Positions 56,243 through 64,000 of a DNA stretch of 64,000 bases are shown piece by piece; positions within the stretch are counted from its first letter, which is position 1, and every line of letters begins with the position of its first letter. The notes beneath the pieces were generated by a model. It made no database searches. It had not been told where the DNA came from and was given only the letters and a program-made list of their open reading frames with translations. The DNA is from Candidatus Eiseniibacteriota bacterium (GTDB lineage: Bacteria; Eisenbacteria; RBG-16-71-46; JABDJR01): positions 608,001 through 672,000 of the forward strand of contig CAVXKA010000003.1 of the NCBI GenBank assembly GCA_963762255.1, read 5' to 3'. Both the position numbers and the translations under genes were made by a program.

Positions 56243-58603
56243 TCAGCGCCGCGAATAGTGTTGCAGCGCGATCGCCATCCGGCTGCCGCCGTGGCCCCCT
56301 TCGCACGCCATCTCGTACACGGCGATGATTCCGGCGAAGCAGGCACCATACTCCGCGTCGACGCCGGGCGCGGCGAAGTCGAACGCCACCGTTTGCGTGC
56401 CCGGGCCGGTGAAGGAGATGGACTCGGTTTGCGCCGCCGCGTCGAGGAACGACGCGCGCACCGCGACGCATGCGTCCTGGGCGAAGGTGCTCGCGGGCCG
56501 GAAGTCGATACGCGCTTCGATTCGATAGGTCCGGCCGGGAATCACGGTGTCCGGGAAGGCGCCGGCCACCGGCACGATCTCGAGGGTGCCCCCCAGATCC
56601 TCGCAGGCAGGCCCGTAGGCCCCGGCCTGCCGTGAAGGGGGTCCATCGAGAACGAGGAACCGCGCGGGCGCGCCGGGCGTGGTTCGGACGGGCGCGGCGG
56701 GAGGGGTGTCCGCGGCTTGGGCCGGCGGCTTCGCCGTTGGTTTCGCGGTCTCCTTGCCCGGCGACTTCGCCTGCGGCTTCGCCGCCGCCTTGGAGCCCGC
56801 GGTCCGCCTGGGCATCTCCTCGAGCTCCGCTTCCGCGCTCGGCCCGCCCCCGCCCTCGTCCTCGACCTCCCACACCTGCGTGATCGTCCCCCCTTCGCGC
56901 GCGTCGAGTTGCAGGCGGATGCCGCTGCGCTCCGCCCCCCGCGAAGTGATCTTGACCTGAGACGCGGCGTCGCCTTTCTGCGCGCGAATCTCGATCGGCA
57001 CGCCCTCCGCCACATCCAGCACCATCCGAAACGCGCCGTTGGATCCGGTGTACATGCGCGACGAGGTGCCGCGCGCGGGAGCGGCGATCACCACCGCGTT
57101 CTGCACCGGCTTCCCCGAGCCCTGGCTCGTGACCATGCCCGACACCACGAAGAGCCCGGGGATTCGGCTGAGCTTGAAGTTGTAGGGCACCAGCACGGGC
57201 GACGGCGGCGGGCCGGCGTGCGTGATGGTCTGAAACCCCTCGCGGGATACCGTGACGCGGAGCGGAGCATTGGCGTGGCGCGGGAAGACCGCTTTGAACG
57301 CGCCCACAGTGTCCGATTGCGCGACCGTAGCCCGCTCGTCGGCTTCGAACTCGATCCGCGCGCCGATGACCGGCGCCCCGGTGAGCGCGTCGGTCACCCG
57401 CCCGGACGCGAAGCCGTCCCGTTCGTCGGCGCGGAGCAGTTCGGTCACCTGCGCGGTGAAGGGCGCTTCCAGGAGATAGCGCGCGGTGAACGTCTCCGCG
57501 TCGAGGCGCAGGATCTCGCGTGCCGACTGGACCAGGCCGAGGCCGATGAGGATGCGCGCGTCGGGCCCGTCCTCGCCGTGCCACCCCTCGAACCGCGCGT
57601 GCAGCGCGCGCGCGCGTTCGACGGAGGAGGGGTCGAGCGCGGCCGAGCGCAGCGCGAGCCACGCGGGAGTGAGCGGAGGCGGGTTCTTGAGCTTGGGATA
57701 CCAGCGATAGACGAACTCCGCGCGCGCGCGATCGGCGAACCGTCCCACGCGCTCGTCGGGATCGTAGAAGAAGAGATAGGTGTCGCCGTCCCACACCGGC
57801 GTCCGCAGCCTCGGGAAGGCGGCGGTCAGCAGGAACTCGCCGCACGGCGCGCGCTTCGAGGTCGGCGCCTTGGCCTCGGCAAAGGCTCGCTGCGCGTCGC
57901 GCCATCGGTCCGGCCCCGCGCACAGAGGCTCGCTCGGAAACTCCCGCACCGTGCTGTCGAGGACGGCCACGGCGCCGGCGAGCATCGTCGCGGCCTCGGG
58001 CAGGGTCTGCGTCCAGAGGAAGATCGCCGGGCTCGACGGGAAGCTCGGCGCCTGCACGCTCAGGGCCCTGGCGGCCTGGGAGAGCGCCCCCGAGAGCCCG
58101 TTCCAGGCTTGGGCCGCGTCCCGACCCGGAATGCCGGGCGTCTCCTGCTGCGCGAACTCCGTCGCGTTCGCGGTGACCGCGACCCGCGCGCTCATGCGAT
58201 CGAGATCCGCTGTCGCGCGCTTCATCGCGGCGGCGAACCCTCCACTTTCCAGCCGTTTCATCGCGCCGTCGAAAGCCGGGAGCTGGTCGGAGGTCTCCTT
58301 GTCCATCCACCCGAAGCGCCCTTGCGCTTCGCGCGCGCGGCCCCGCGCGTCGGCGATGGCGGCGAGCGATCGATACGACGCGTATTCTTCAGAGAACGCG
58401 TGAAACTTCACTTGTACCAGAGCAAGCGTCTCGCGGAAGTCGGCCCAGGCCTCCGCCTGGTTCTCCATCGCCAGCGTGAACGCGCGCGTGTCCGCGTCGG
58501 CGGAGGCGGCAACGGGAATGCCGGAAGCGGGACGGCCGGCGGCGGGCGAAACCCACAGCGTCAGCACCAGGATCAGCGCAACCGATGTGCGGAGGCCGAT
58601 CAC
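56243..58603 (-). CDS. Secreted protein with two carboxypeptidase-regulatory-like (Ig) domains
   Basis: Signal peptide; SGRVTDALTGAPVIGARI and SGMVTSQGSGKPVQNAVV repeats; Pro/Ala/Lys linker. Confidence 0.7.
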   Translation of the reverse strand: MIGLRTSVALILVLTLWVSPAAGRPASGIPVAASADADTRAFTLAMENQAEAWADFRETLALVQVKFHAFSEEYASYRSLAAIADARGRAREAQGRFGWMDKETSDQLPAFDGAMKRLESGGFAAAMKRATADLDRMSARVAVTANATEFAQQETPGIPGRDAAQAWNGLSGALSQAARALSVQAPSFPSSPAIFLWTQTLPEAATMLAGAVAVLDSTVREFPSEPLCAGPDRWRDAQRAFAEAKAPTSKRAPCGEFLLTAAFPRLRTPVWDGDTYLFFYDPDERVGRFADRARAEFVYRWYPKLKNPPPLTPAWLALRSAALDPSSVERARALHARFEGWHGEDGPDARILIGLGLVQSAREILRLDAETFTARYLLEAPFTAQVTELLRADERDGFASGRVTDALTGAPVIGARIEFEADERATVAQSDTVGAFKAVFPRHANAPLRVTVSREGFQTITHAGPPPSPVLVPYNFKLSRIPGLFVVSGMVTSQGSGKPVQNAVVIAAPARGTSSRMYTGSNGAFRMVLDVAEGVPIEIRAQKGDAASQVKITSRGAERSGIRLQLDAREGGTITQVWEVEDEGGGGPSAEAELEEMPRRTAGSKAAAKPQAKSPGKETAKPTAKPPAQAADTPPAAPVRTTPGAPARFLVLDGPPSRQAGAYGPACEDLGGTLEIVPVAGAFPDTVIPGRTYRIEARIDFRPASTFAQDACVAVRASFLDAAAQTESISFTGPGTQTVAFDFAAPGVDAEYGACFAGIIAVYEMACEGGHGGSRMAIALQHYSRR

Positions 58604-60861
58604 TTCACGGATCCTTTCACCAGGCCCTCCAGTATGAGGGCCGCCTCGCGATCGTTGGGCGTCAACTCCAGGGAGCGTCGGAGCGCGGGCTCGGCGCGAT
58701 CCGGCCAGCCGACACCGTAGGTCAGAATCCCCACGTACTTGAAGAGCGATGCCTCGTCGGGACGCTCAAGGGCCCAGCCACCACATGCCCCGAGCGCAGC
58801 GGAATAGTCCCCTTTCGAGCGCAGCTCGTCCACGAGCGCCTTCCACTCCACTCGGCCTCCCGCGGTGGACGGGCCCGCGACGGTCTTGGCGTATTCCTCG
58901 ACCATGCGGGCGGCTCCCGCATCATCGCCGGCCAGATGCCGAACGCAGGCCATACGCAGAAGCGCGTGGGCGTGGTGCGGCTCGGAGCGGGCGGCCTCGG
59001 AATAGAGCCGCTCCGCCCCTTGCAGATCATGCTGCCTCAGCGCCTCGTTCCCAAGGACGACGAGCACGTCGGGGTGGCCCCGGGCTGAGAGGGTCATGGA
59101 CTCCAGGAGCGGCGCGACACTTCGGTCCGGCTCCCATGCCTGACGCCACCGGGCCACCAAGAGCCGCAGCGTATCGATCCGGGAGAGGCCGGGAAGGACG
59201 GTGCGGACCGCCGGTCGTTCGACTCGCGGCGCGGGCGCCCAAGGCTTGGGATCGTTGACCCGGAACAACAACGCGCGGCGTGAGTGCGACGCGTCCACGG
59301 CCACGCTCACCCGCGCCACCAACTCCAGCCCGCGCGCGGCCGCCCCGGGGTCGGTCATCGCGTACAGACTCTGAAGCCCCGGGAAGGCCCCCACCTCCAT
59401 CCCGGACACGAGGAGATAGTGCCCCCCCGCCTCGCGCAGCTCGTTCACCCCTCCCATAGGTATCGGAATTACAGGAGCTCCGAGGAGATATCCGATGTGA
59501 GGCTTGCGGGCGGCGATAGGAGTGCTCTCTCCGATCCGGAGTCCCGCGCGTCGAGCGCTTTGCGCGAGTTCGAGGAGTTCCGCCGGCGGAGATTCGGGAC
59601 CGGTGCGACGGACCGCGCTGCGGATCGCGCGGACGTTCACCCAGATTGCCGCCGCGAGGAAGAGCCCGACGACCGCCAGGAATACGATGCGCCCCCGGCG
59701 GGTCGGGGCGCGACGACGGGGATTCACGGGGCCCACCGAGGCCTCGGCGCGCAACCCGTCCAGCCCGGCCGCAACCCCGGCCGCCGCCGCCGCCCACCAC
59801 AGAACCAAGGGGAGCATGAATCGCGGGTCATAGAACACGAGGAGCATGCTCAGGTAGACGATCGCCCCGGAGCCTGCGAAGGCAAGCCGCCGGCGCGTGA
59901 GCCACGTTCGCCAACCGAGCAGGAGACCGGCAAGAGCAAGCAACGCCCCCGGGATGCCGACAAGCCGCAGGGCATCGAGCTTGGCGTGAGTGAGCGCGTT
60001 CTGCGCCAGCATGCGAAGGAAGAGAGGGGGATCGCATCGGATCACCTCGCCCATCGAGGCGAAGTCGACCGCGACCATGAAGCGGCCGGTCTGAGCCTTG
60101 GCCGGGGACTCCGTGAACAGGCTCAGGGCCGTGTTCATGTACGCATTGCTCCAGAAGGGATCCCCCATCCTGGCCCGCAGGAACACCAACCAGGGGGCGA
60201 TGAGCAACGCGAACGCGCCGACAAAGAAGAGCGAGGCGTGCGCGACCCGGCGCCACGGACGCAGCGTGAGGGCCGCTACGAGCAGGCCCACCGGCAGGAG
60301 CGCTGCGCCGTTGTAGCGTGTGAGGTACGCCGCCCCTCCCGCCGCTCCCGCCAACGCCCACTCGCGGACGCGTCCCTCCCCTCCACGCAACATCAGGGTC
60401 AAGGCCGACACCGTCAGAAGCAGAAACAGCGTGTCGGTGCCGGCGCGGAAGGCGAGGGGGACGAGGGTCGCGTTACCGGCGACGAACAGCGCGCCGAGGA
60501 GCCCCGCCTTCGGACCCCACAGACGCTCGAACATGCGCCCCACCAGGAGCACACTGGCTCCCGCCGAGAGAACCGAGATGAGCTTGGCGGCGAGGAAGCC
60601 GTTGCGCAGCAGGGTAGAAACCACCCCGAGCACGAGGTAGTAGAACGGCCCCCGGAAGCCGTTCATCACGGTGGCCTCGCCGTGCATCCACCGCATCGCG
60701 TACGGGTAGAAATCCCCGTAGAAGTCGGTCTCGACGCCGTAGTCGCCGATGGGGCGGAAGAACAGGGCCGTCGCGGCCCAGGCCGCGGTGGCCACCAGCG
60801 CCACCGCGGGTATGGGGGTTCCGAGGACCGTCGCCGGGCGGAACCTCGATCGCGCGATCAA
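58600..60861 (-). CDS. ArnT/GT39-like GT-C glycosyltransferase with C-terminal TPRs
   Basis: ETDFY, FRGPFY, AAKLISV, TDTLF, AYLTRYNG, PWLVF, PRFMLPL; TPR tail. Confidence 0.75.
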   Translation of the reverse strand: MIARSRFRPATVLGTPIPAVALVATAAWAATALFFRPIGDYGVETDFYGDFYPYAMRWMHGEATVMNGFRGPFYYLVLGVVSTLLRNGFLAAKLISVLSAGASVLLVGRMFERLWGPKAGLLGALFVAGNATLVPLAFRAGTDTLFLLLTVSALTLMLRGGEGRVREWALAGAAGGAAYLTRYNGAALLPVGLLVAALTLRPWRRVAHASLFFVGAFALLIAPWLVFLRARMGDPFWSNAYMNTALSLFTESPAKAQTGRFMVAVDFASMGEVIRCDPPLFLRMLAQNALTHAKLDALRLVGIPGALLALAGLLLGWRTWLTRRRLAFAGSGAIVYLSMLLVFYDPRFMLPLVLWWAAAAAGVAAGLDGLRAEASVGPVNPRRRAPTRRGRIVFLAVVGLFLAAAIWVNVRAIRSAVRRTGPESPPAELLELAQSARRAGLRIGESTPIAARKPHIGYLLGAPVIPIPMGGVNELREAGGHYLLVSGMEVGAFPGLQSLYAMTDPGAAARGLELVARVSVAVDASHSRRALLFRVNDPKPWAPAPRVERPAVRTVLPGLSRIDTLRLLVARWRQAWEPDRSVAPLLESMTLSARGHPDVLVVLGNEALRQHDLQGAERLYSEAARSEPHHAHALLRMACVRHLAGDDAGAARMVEEYAKTVAGPSTAGGRVEWKALVDELRSKGDYSAALGACGGWALERPDEASLFKYVGILTYGVGWPDRAEPALRRSLELTPNDREAALILEGLVKGSVK

Positions 60862-60870
60862 TGGTGCGCC

Positions 60871-62430
60871 CTAGTCCCCGAACTTGAGTCCCTGGGCCAG
60901 GGGAAGATCGGTGCTCCAGTTGACCGTGTTGGTCTGCCGGCGCATGTAGACCTTCCAGGAATCGGAGCCCGACTCGCGACCGCCGCCGGTGTCCTTCTCG
61001 CCGCCGAACGCGCCGCCGATCTCGGCGCCGCTCGTGCCGATGTTCACGTTGGCAATGCCGCAGTCGCTGCCGCGATGCGAGAGGAACGTCTCCGCCTCCC
61101 GCACGTTCTCGGTGAAGATGGCCGAGGAGAGCCCCTGCGGAACGCCGTTCTGCAGCGCGATAGCCTCGGCGATCTCGTCCACCGCTTGCTTCGCGGAGGC
61201 GCCCTTCGTCCCGTAGCTGAGGATGTAGAGGATCGGCGCGAAGGTCTCCTCCTGCACGATCGTGTATTCGTTTCTGGCGGCGGCGATGCAGGGCTTCACG
61301 TAGTGGCCGCCGGGATACGAGGGACCCGAAAGCGGCTCTCCGCCGCAGAGAATCTCGCCCCCTTCTTCCTGCACGCGCTCCACCGCGCTCTGAAGGTCCT
61401 TCACCGCGCCGAGGGTGACGAGCGGGCCCATCATCGTCTCCGCCTTGCGCGGATCGCCGATGCGGATCCCCTCGTAGGCCTTGACGAGCCGCTTCACCAG
61501 GTCGTCGCGCACCGAGGCGTGCGCGATGATCCGCCGCGTGGAGGTGCAGCGCTGGCCGGCGGTGCCGACCGAGCCGAAGAGGATCGCCCGCAGCGCCAGA
61601 TCCATGTTGGCGCTCGGGGTGACGATGATCGCGTTGTTGCCGCCCAATTCGAGGATGGTGCGCCCGAAGCGCTTGCCCACAACCTCGGCCACCCGCGCGC
61701 CGACCGAGCAACTGCCGGTGCAGGACACCAGCGGGAGACGGCGGTCGTGGAGGAGGCGGTCGCCGATGGTGGATCCCTTGCCGATCACGAGCGAGAAGAT
61801 CGCGGGGTCGACGCCGTTCTCACGGCACACCGACTCCGCGATGCGGGTCACCGCGATCGCGGTCAGCGGGGTGCGGCTCGCCGGTTTCCACAGCGTGCTG
61901 TCGCCGCACACCGCGGCCAGCGCGGCGTTCCAGCTCCACACGGCCACCGGGAAATTGAACGCGCTGATCACGGCGACCACGCCGAGCGGGTGCCACTGCT
62001 CGAACATGCGGTGATCGGGACGCTCGGACTGCATGGTGAGCCCGTAGAGCTGGCGCGAGAGGCCGGTGGCGAAGTCGCAGATGTCGATCATCTCCTGGAC
62101 TTCGCCCTGGCCCTCGGCGGCGACCTTCCCCATCTCCACGGTGACGAGATGGCCCAGCGGCTCCTTGAGTTCGCGCAGCTTGTGTCCGAGCTGGCGGACG
62201 ACCTCGCCGCGCTTGGGTCCGGGAACCTTGCGCCACTCCAGGAAGGCCTGGTGCGCGCGGTCCACGATCCGGTCGTACTCCGCCTCGGTGATCTGCTTGA
62301 CCACGCCGATGCGGGAGCCGTCGATCGGGGTGATCACCTCGAGTTCGGGCCCCGAGCCGATCCACGTGCCGTCGAACCCGCCGGGGTTCACATCCCCGAT
62401 GCCCAAAGTCTTCAAGAAGTCGCTCGTCAC
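60871..62430 (-). CDS. Aldehyde dehydrogenase family 7 (AmaB/antiquitin-like)
   Basis: GEVQEMIDICDFATGLSRQLYG, SAFNFPVAVW, LELGGNNA, GTAGQRCT, ETFAPILY, GAEIGGAFGGEK.TGGGRESGSD. Confidence 0.93.
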   Translation of the reverse strand: MTSDFLKTLGIGDVNPGGFDGTWIGSGPELEVITPIDGSRIGVVKQITEAEYDRIVDRAHQAFLEWRKVPGPKRGEVVRQLGHKLRELKEPLGHLVTVEMGKVAAEGQGEVQEMIDICDFATGLSRQLYGLTMQSERPDHRMFEQWHPLGVVAVISAFNFPVAVWSWNAALAAVCGDSTLWKPASRTPLTAIAVTRIAESVCRENGVDPAIFSLVIGKGSTIGDRLLHDRRLPLVSCTGSCSVGARVAEVVGKRFGRTILELGGNNAIIVTPSANMDLALRAILFGSVGTAGQRCTSTRRIIAHASVRDDLVKRLVKAYEGIRIGDPRKAETMMGPLVTLGAVKDLQSAVERVQEEGGEILCGGEPLSGPSYPGGHYVKPCIAAARNEYTIVQEETFAPILYILSYGTKGASAKQAVDEIAEAIALQNGVPQGLSSAIFTENVREAETFLSHRGSDCGIANVNIGTSGAEIGGAFGGEKDTGGGRESGSDSWKVYMRRQTNTVNWSTDLPLAQGLKFGD

Positions 62431-62431
62431 G

Positions 62432-63205
62432 TTACTCCCCCTCCTCCGTCGTCTCCATCGGCGCATCGATCTTGAGCCCCTTGCCCGAGAAGACGATGAC
62501 CGGCTCGCCCATCGAAGCGCCCGAGGACATCATGTTTTCCGCGTTGATCTCCCAGATCAACGTCCGGCCCTCCAGCTTGGGCGCGTTGTGCTGGATCACG
62601 TCGCCGGGCACGGTGATCCGCATCGTGACGTCCAGCTCCGAGGCGCTCGCCATGAGCCTGCCCATGAGTTCCATCATCTTCCCCGCCTTCGCGGTGTCCA
62701 ACTCGGAAGCGTCCTCTTCCTGGGCTTCGGGCTCTTCCGGAGGCTCTTCCGCTTCAATCGCCGCGACCTTGACGCTGCGCAGCACGTAGTTGCCGTCGGC
62801 GCGCTTGAAGATCCCGAACGAACCCTCGTTCTTTCCCTTCATGCCGTCGCGCATGGCCTTGTTGAGCCCTTCCAGGCTCTTGAAGTCCAGCGCAATGTCC
62901 ATCTTCTTGCCGCCGTCGGGCGACGATTCATCGAACTTCTTGACCTTGACTCCGTTGGCGCTGCACGCCTTTTCGAACTCCTCGCGGTCGATGTCGGTGG
63001 GCATGAAACTCATGTCATCGTCCGACCCATTTTCCCCGTTGAGTTCGGACAGTTCAGCCATGGTCTTGGCGACCTCGGCCGACATGCTGTAGGTCATGCT
63101 GAGGGTGCCGGAACCGTCGTCGGCGAGCGTGGTGTCGAACTTGGCCTGCAGACAGCCGCTGAAAACCAGAGCAAGTGCGATCATGGGGGCGAAAAAGCGT
63201 TTCAT
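62432..63205 (-). CDS. Hypothetical lipoprotein (LppM-like)
   Basis: Lipobox FSGC; DDGSG N-terminal and PGDVIQHNA..RTLIW C-terminal patterns; GGAGG RBS. Confidence 0.75.
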   Translation of the reverse strand: MKRFFAPMIALALVFSGCLQAKFDTTLADDGSGTLSMTYSMSAEVAKTMAELSELNGENGSDDDMSFMPTDIDREEFEKACSANGVKVKKFDESSPDGGKKMDIALDFKSLEGLNKAMRDGMKGKNEGSFGIFKRADGNYVLRSVKVAAIEAEEPPEEPEAQEEDASELDTAKAGKMMELMGRLMASASELDVTMRITVPGDVIQHNAPKLEGRTLIWEINAENMMSSGASMGEPVIVFSGKGLKIDAPMETTEEGE

Positions 63206-63389
63206 GGGTACCTCCTGGATGCGCGAGGGTAGCAGGACCGGCGCGCAGTGGAAAGCCGGCGCGGGGGGGCGGCCGCGCGGCGACAGGGCGGCCGGATCTG
63301 GAAGTGCACCCCCGGGCGGCGTAGGATGCGGGGCGGACCTTCGCTCCGATCGGGGGTCGGGGCGGATTCGGTTCGCGGGGAGGGGAACG

Positions 63390-64000
63390 ATGCGTATCCC
63401 GGGTCGCGCGGCGCAGTGGGTCGGTCTTGTACTCTTGGCGCTCACGGCGTCGGCGCCCGCCGCCGCCCAGGAGTCGGGGTCCACCTGCCCCGACTTCCGG
63501 CTCCCCTGGCTCGACGGCGAGGGCGATGCGCGCGCCTCCGATCTCTTCGCGGGACAGACCCTCACCGCGCTGGTGATCTGGAACCGAGGCTGCCCTCACT
63601 GCACGGAGGTCGCGCTGGCGATCGACGATCTCGTGGAGTGGCTCCGGCCCTACCCGGTGCGCGCGGTCCCCATCCTCTTCGGCCCCGACGATCCGGCCAC
63701 CCTGCGCGCGCTACTCTTCGATCATGGGGTGGCGGCGCGTCATCTCTGGGACGCGAACGGCGCGGAGGCCGCGGCACTGGGCCTCGGCGACGATCACCTG
63801 CGCGTCCTGATCGCCGACTCCACCGGCCTCATCCACGAGACGATGGACAGTTCGATGCGCGAGCTGGTCGATGCGGTGGGACCGGAGGTGATCGAGACCC
63901 TGGATCGACTCGCGCGTGAGCCGAGGCGGGCCGTCGTGCCGGCGATACCTGCGCCGCCCTCGGCGACGCCGACGCCGGCGATTTCAGCGCCGCGCGATCT
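63390..64000 (+). CDS. Exported thioredoxin-like (TlpA/redoxin) protein, truncated by the window end
   Basis: ATG 63390 after GGAGG; signal peptide; PDFRLPWLDG and WNRGCPHC; no stop before 64000 (absent from the ORF track). Confidence 0.7.
   Translation, partial: MRIPGRAAQWVGLVLLALTASAPAAAQESGSTCPDFRLPWLDGEGDARASDLFAGQTLTALVIWNRGCPHCTEVALAIDDLVEWLRPYPVRAVPILFGPDDPATLRALLFDHGVAARHLWDANGAEAAALGLGDDHLRVLIADSTGLIHETMDSSMRELVDAVGPEVIETLDRLAREPRRAVVPAIPAPPSATPTPAISAPRD

Noticed and set aside
1749-62475. Many long antisense or alternate-frame ORFs (e.g. 1749..4730+, 13366..16437+, 49918..53385+, 54627..58310-, 59284..62475+)
   Set aside because: Shadow ORFs overlapping well-supported genes in high-GC DNA; Arg/Ala/Gly-rich with no recognisable motifs

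Overview
GC-rich bacterial chromosomal window. Gene content (C25 gingipain/PorU-like peptidase with a C-terminal FlgD/T9SS-type Ig domain, a GWxTD protein, DUF3098, secreted proteins ending in TWGxxKxxY, many GT-C/TPR membrane proteins) suggests an FCB-related candidate phylum such as Eisenbacteria/Krumholzibacteria; this is inference. Housekeeping blocks: hisS-aspS-tRNA-Gln-phoH-HDIG-ybeY-CBS-CBS, and yggS-PNP-ileS-dksA-lspA-rluA-STAS-rsbW-ruvX-mltG-DUF3098-tRNA-Val. Between them lie envelope and regulatory loci and an AbiE type IV toxin-antitoxin pair with a perfect 23-bp operator palindrome. Best novel candidates: (1) a sigma-54 promoter upstream of a small secreted propeptide-like gene followed by a TPR-GAF-AAA+-HTH sigma-54 activator, resembling a peptide autoinduction (quorum-sensing-like) circuit; (2) four paralogous Cys-rich secreted proteins sharing a C-terminal TWGxxKxxY tail, interleaved with lipoprotein phosphodiesterase/sulfatase-like enzymes and near GT-C glycosyltransferases; (3) a recurring 25-bp pseudo-palindromic site and a long structured 5' leader. 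Seven single-base frameshifts in six otherwise intact genes probably reflect sequencing or assembly errors. No CRISPR array, rRNA or transposase was seen. All assignments come from motif reading; no database searches were run.
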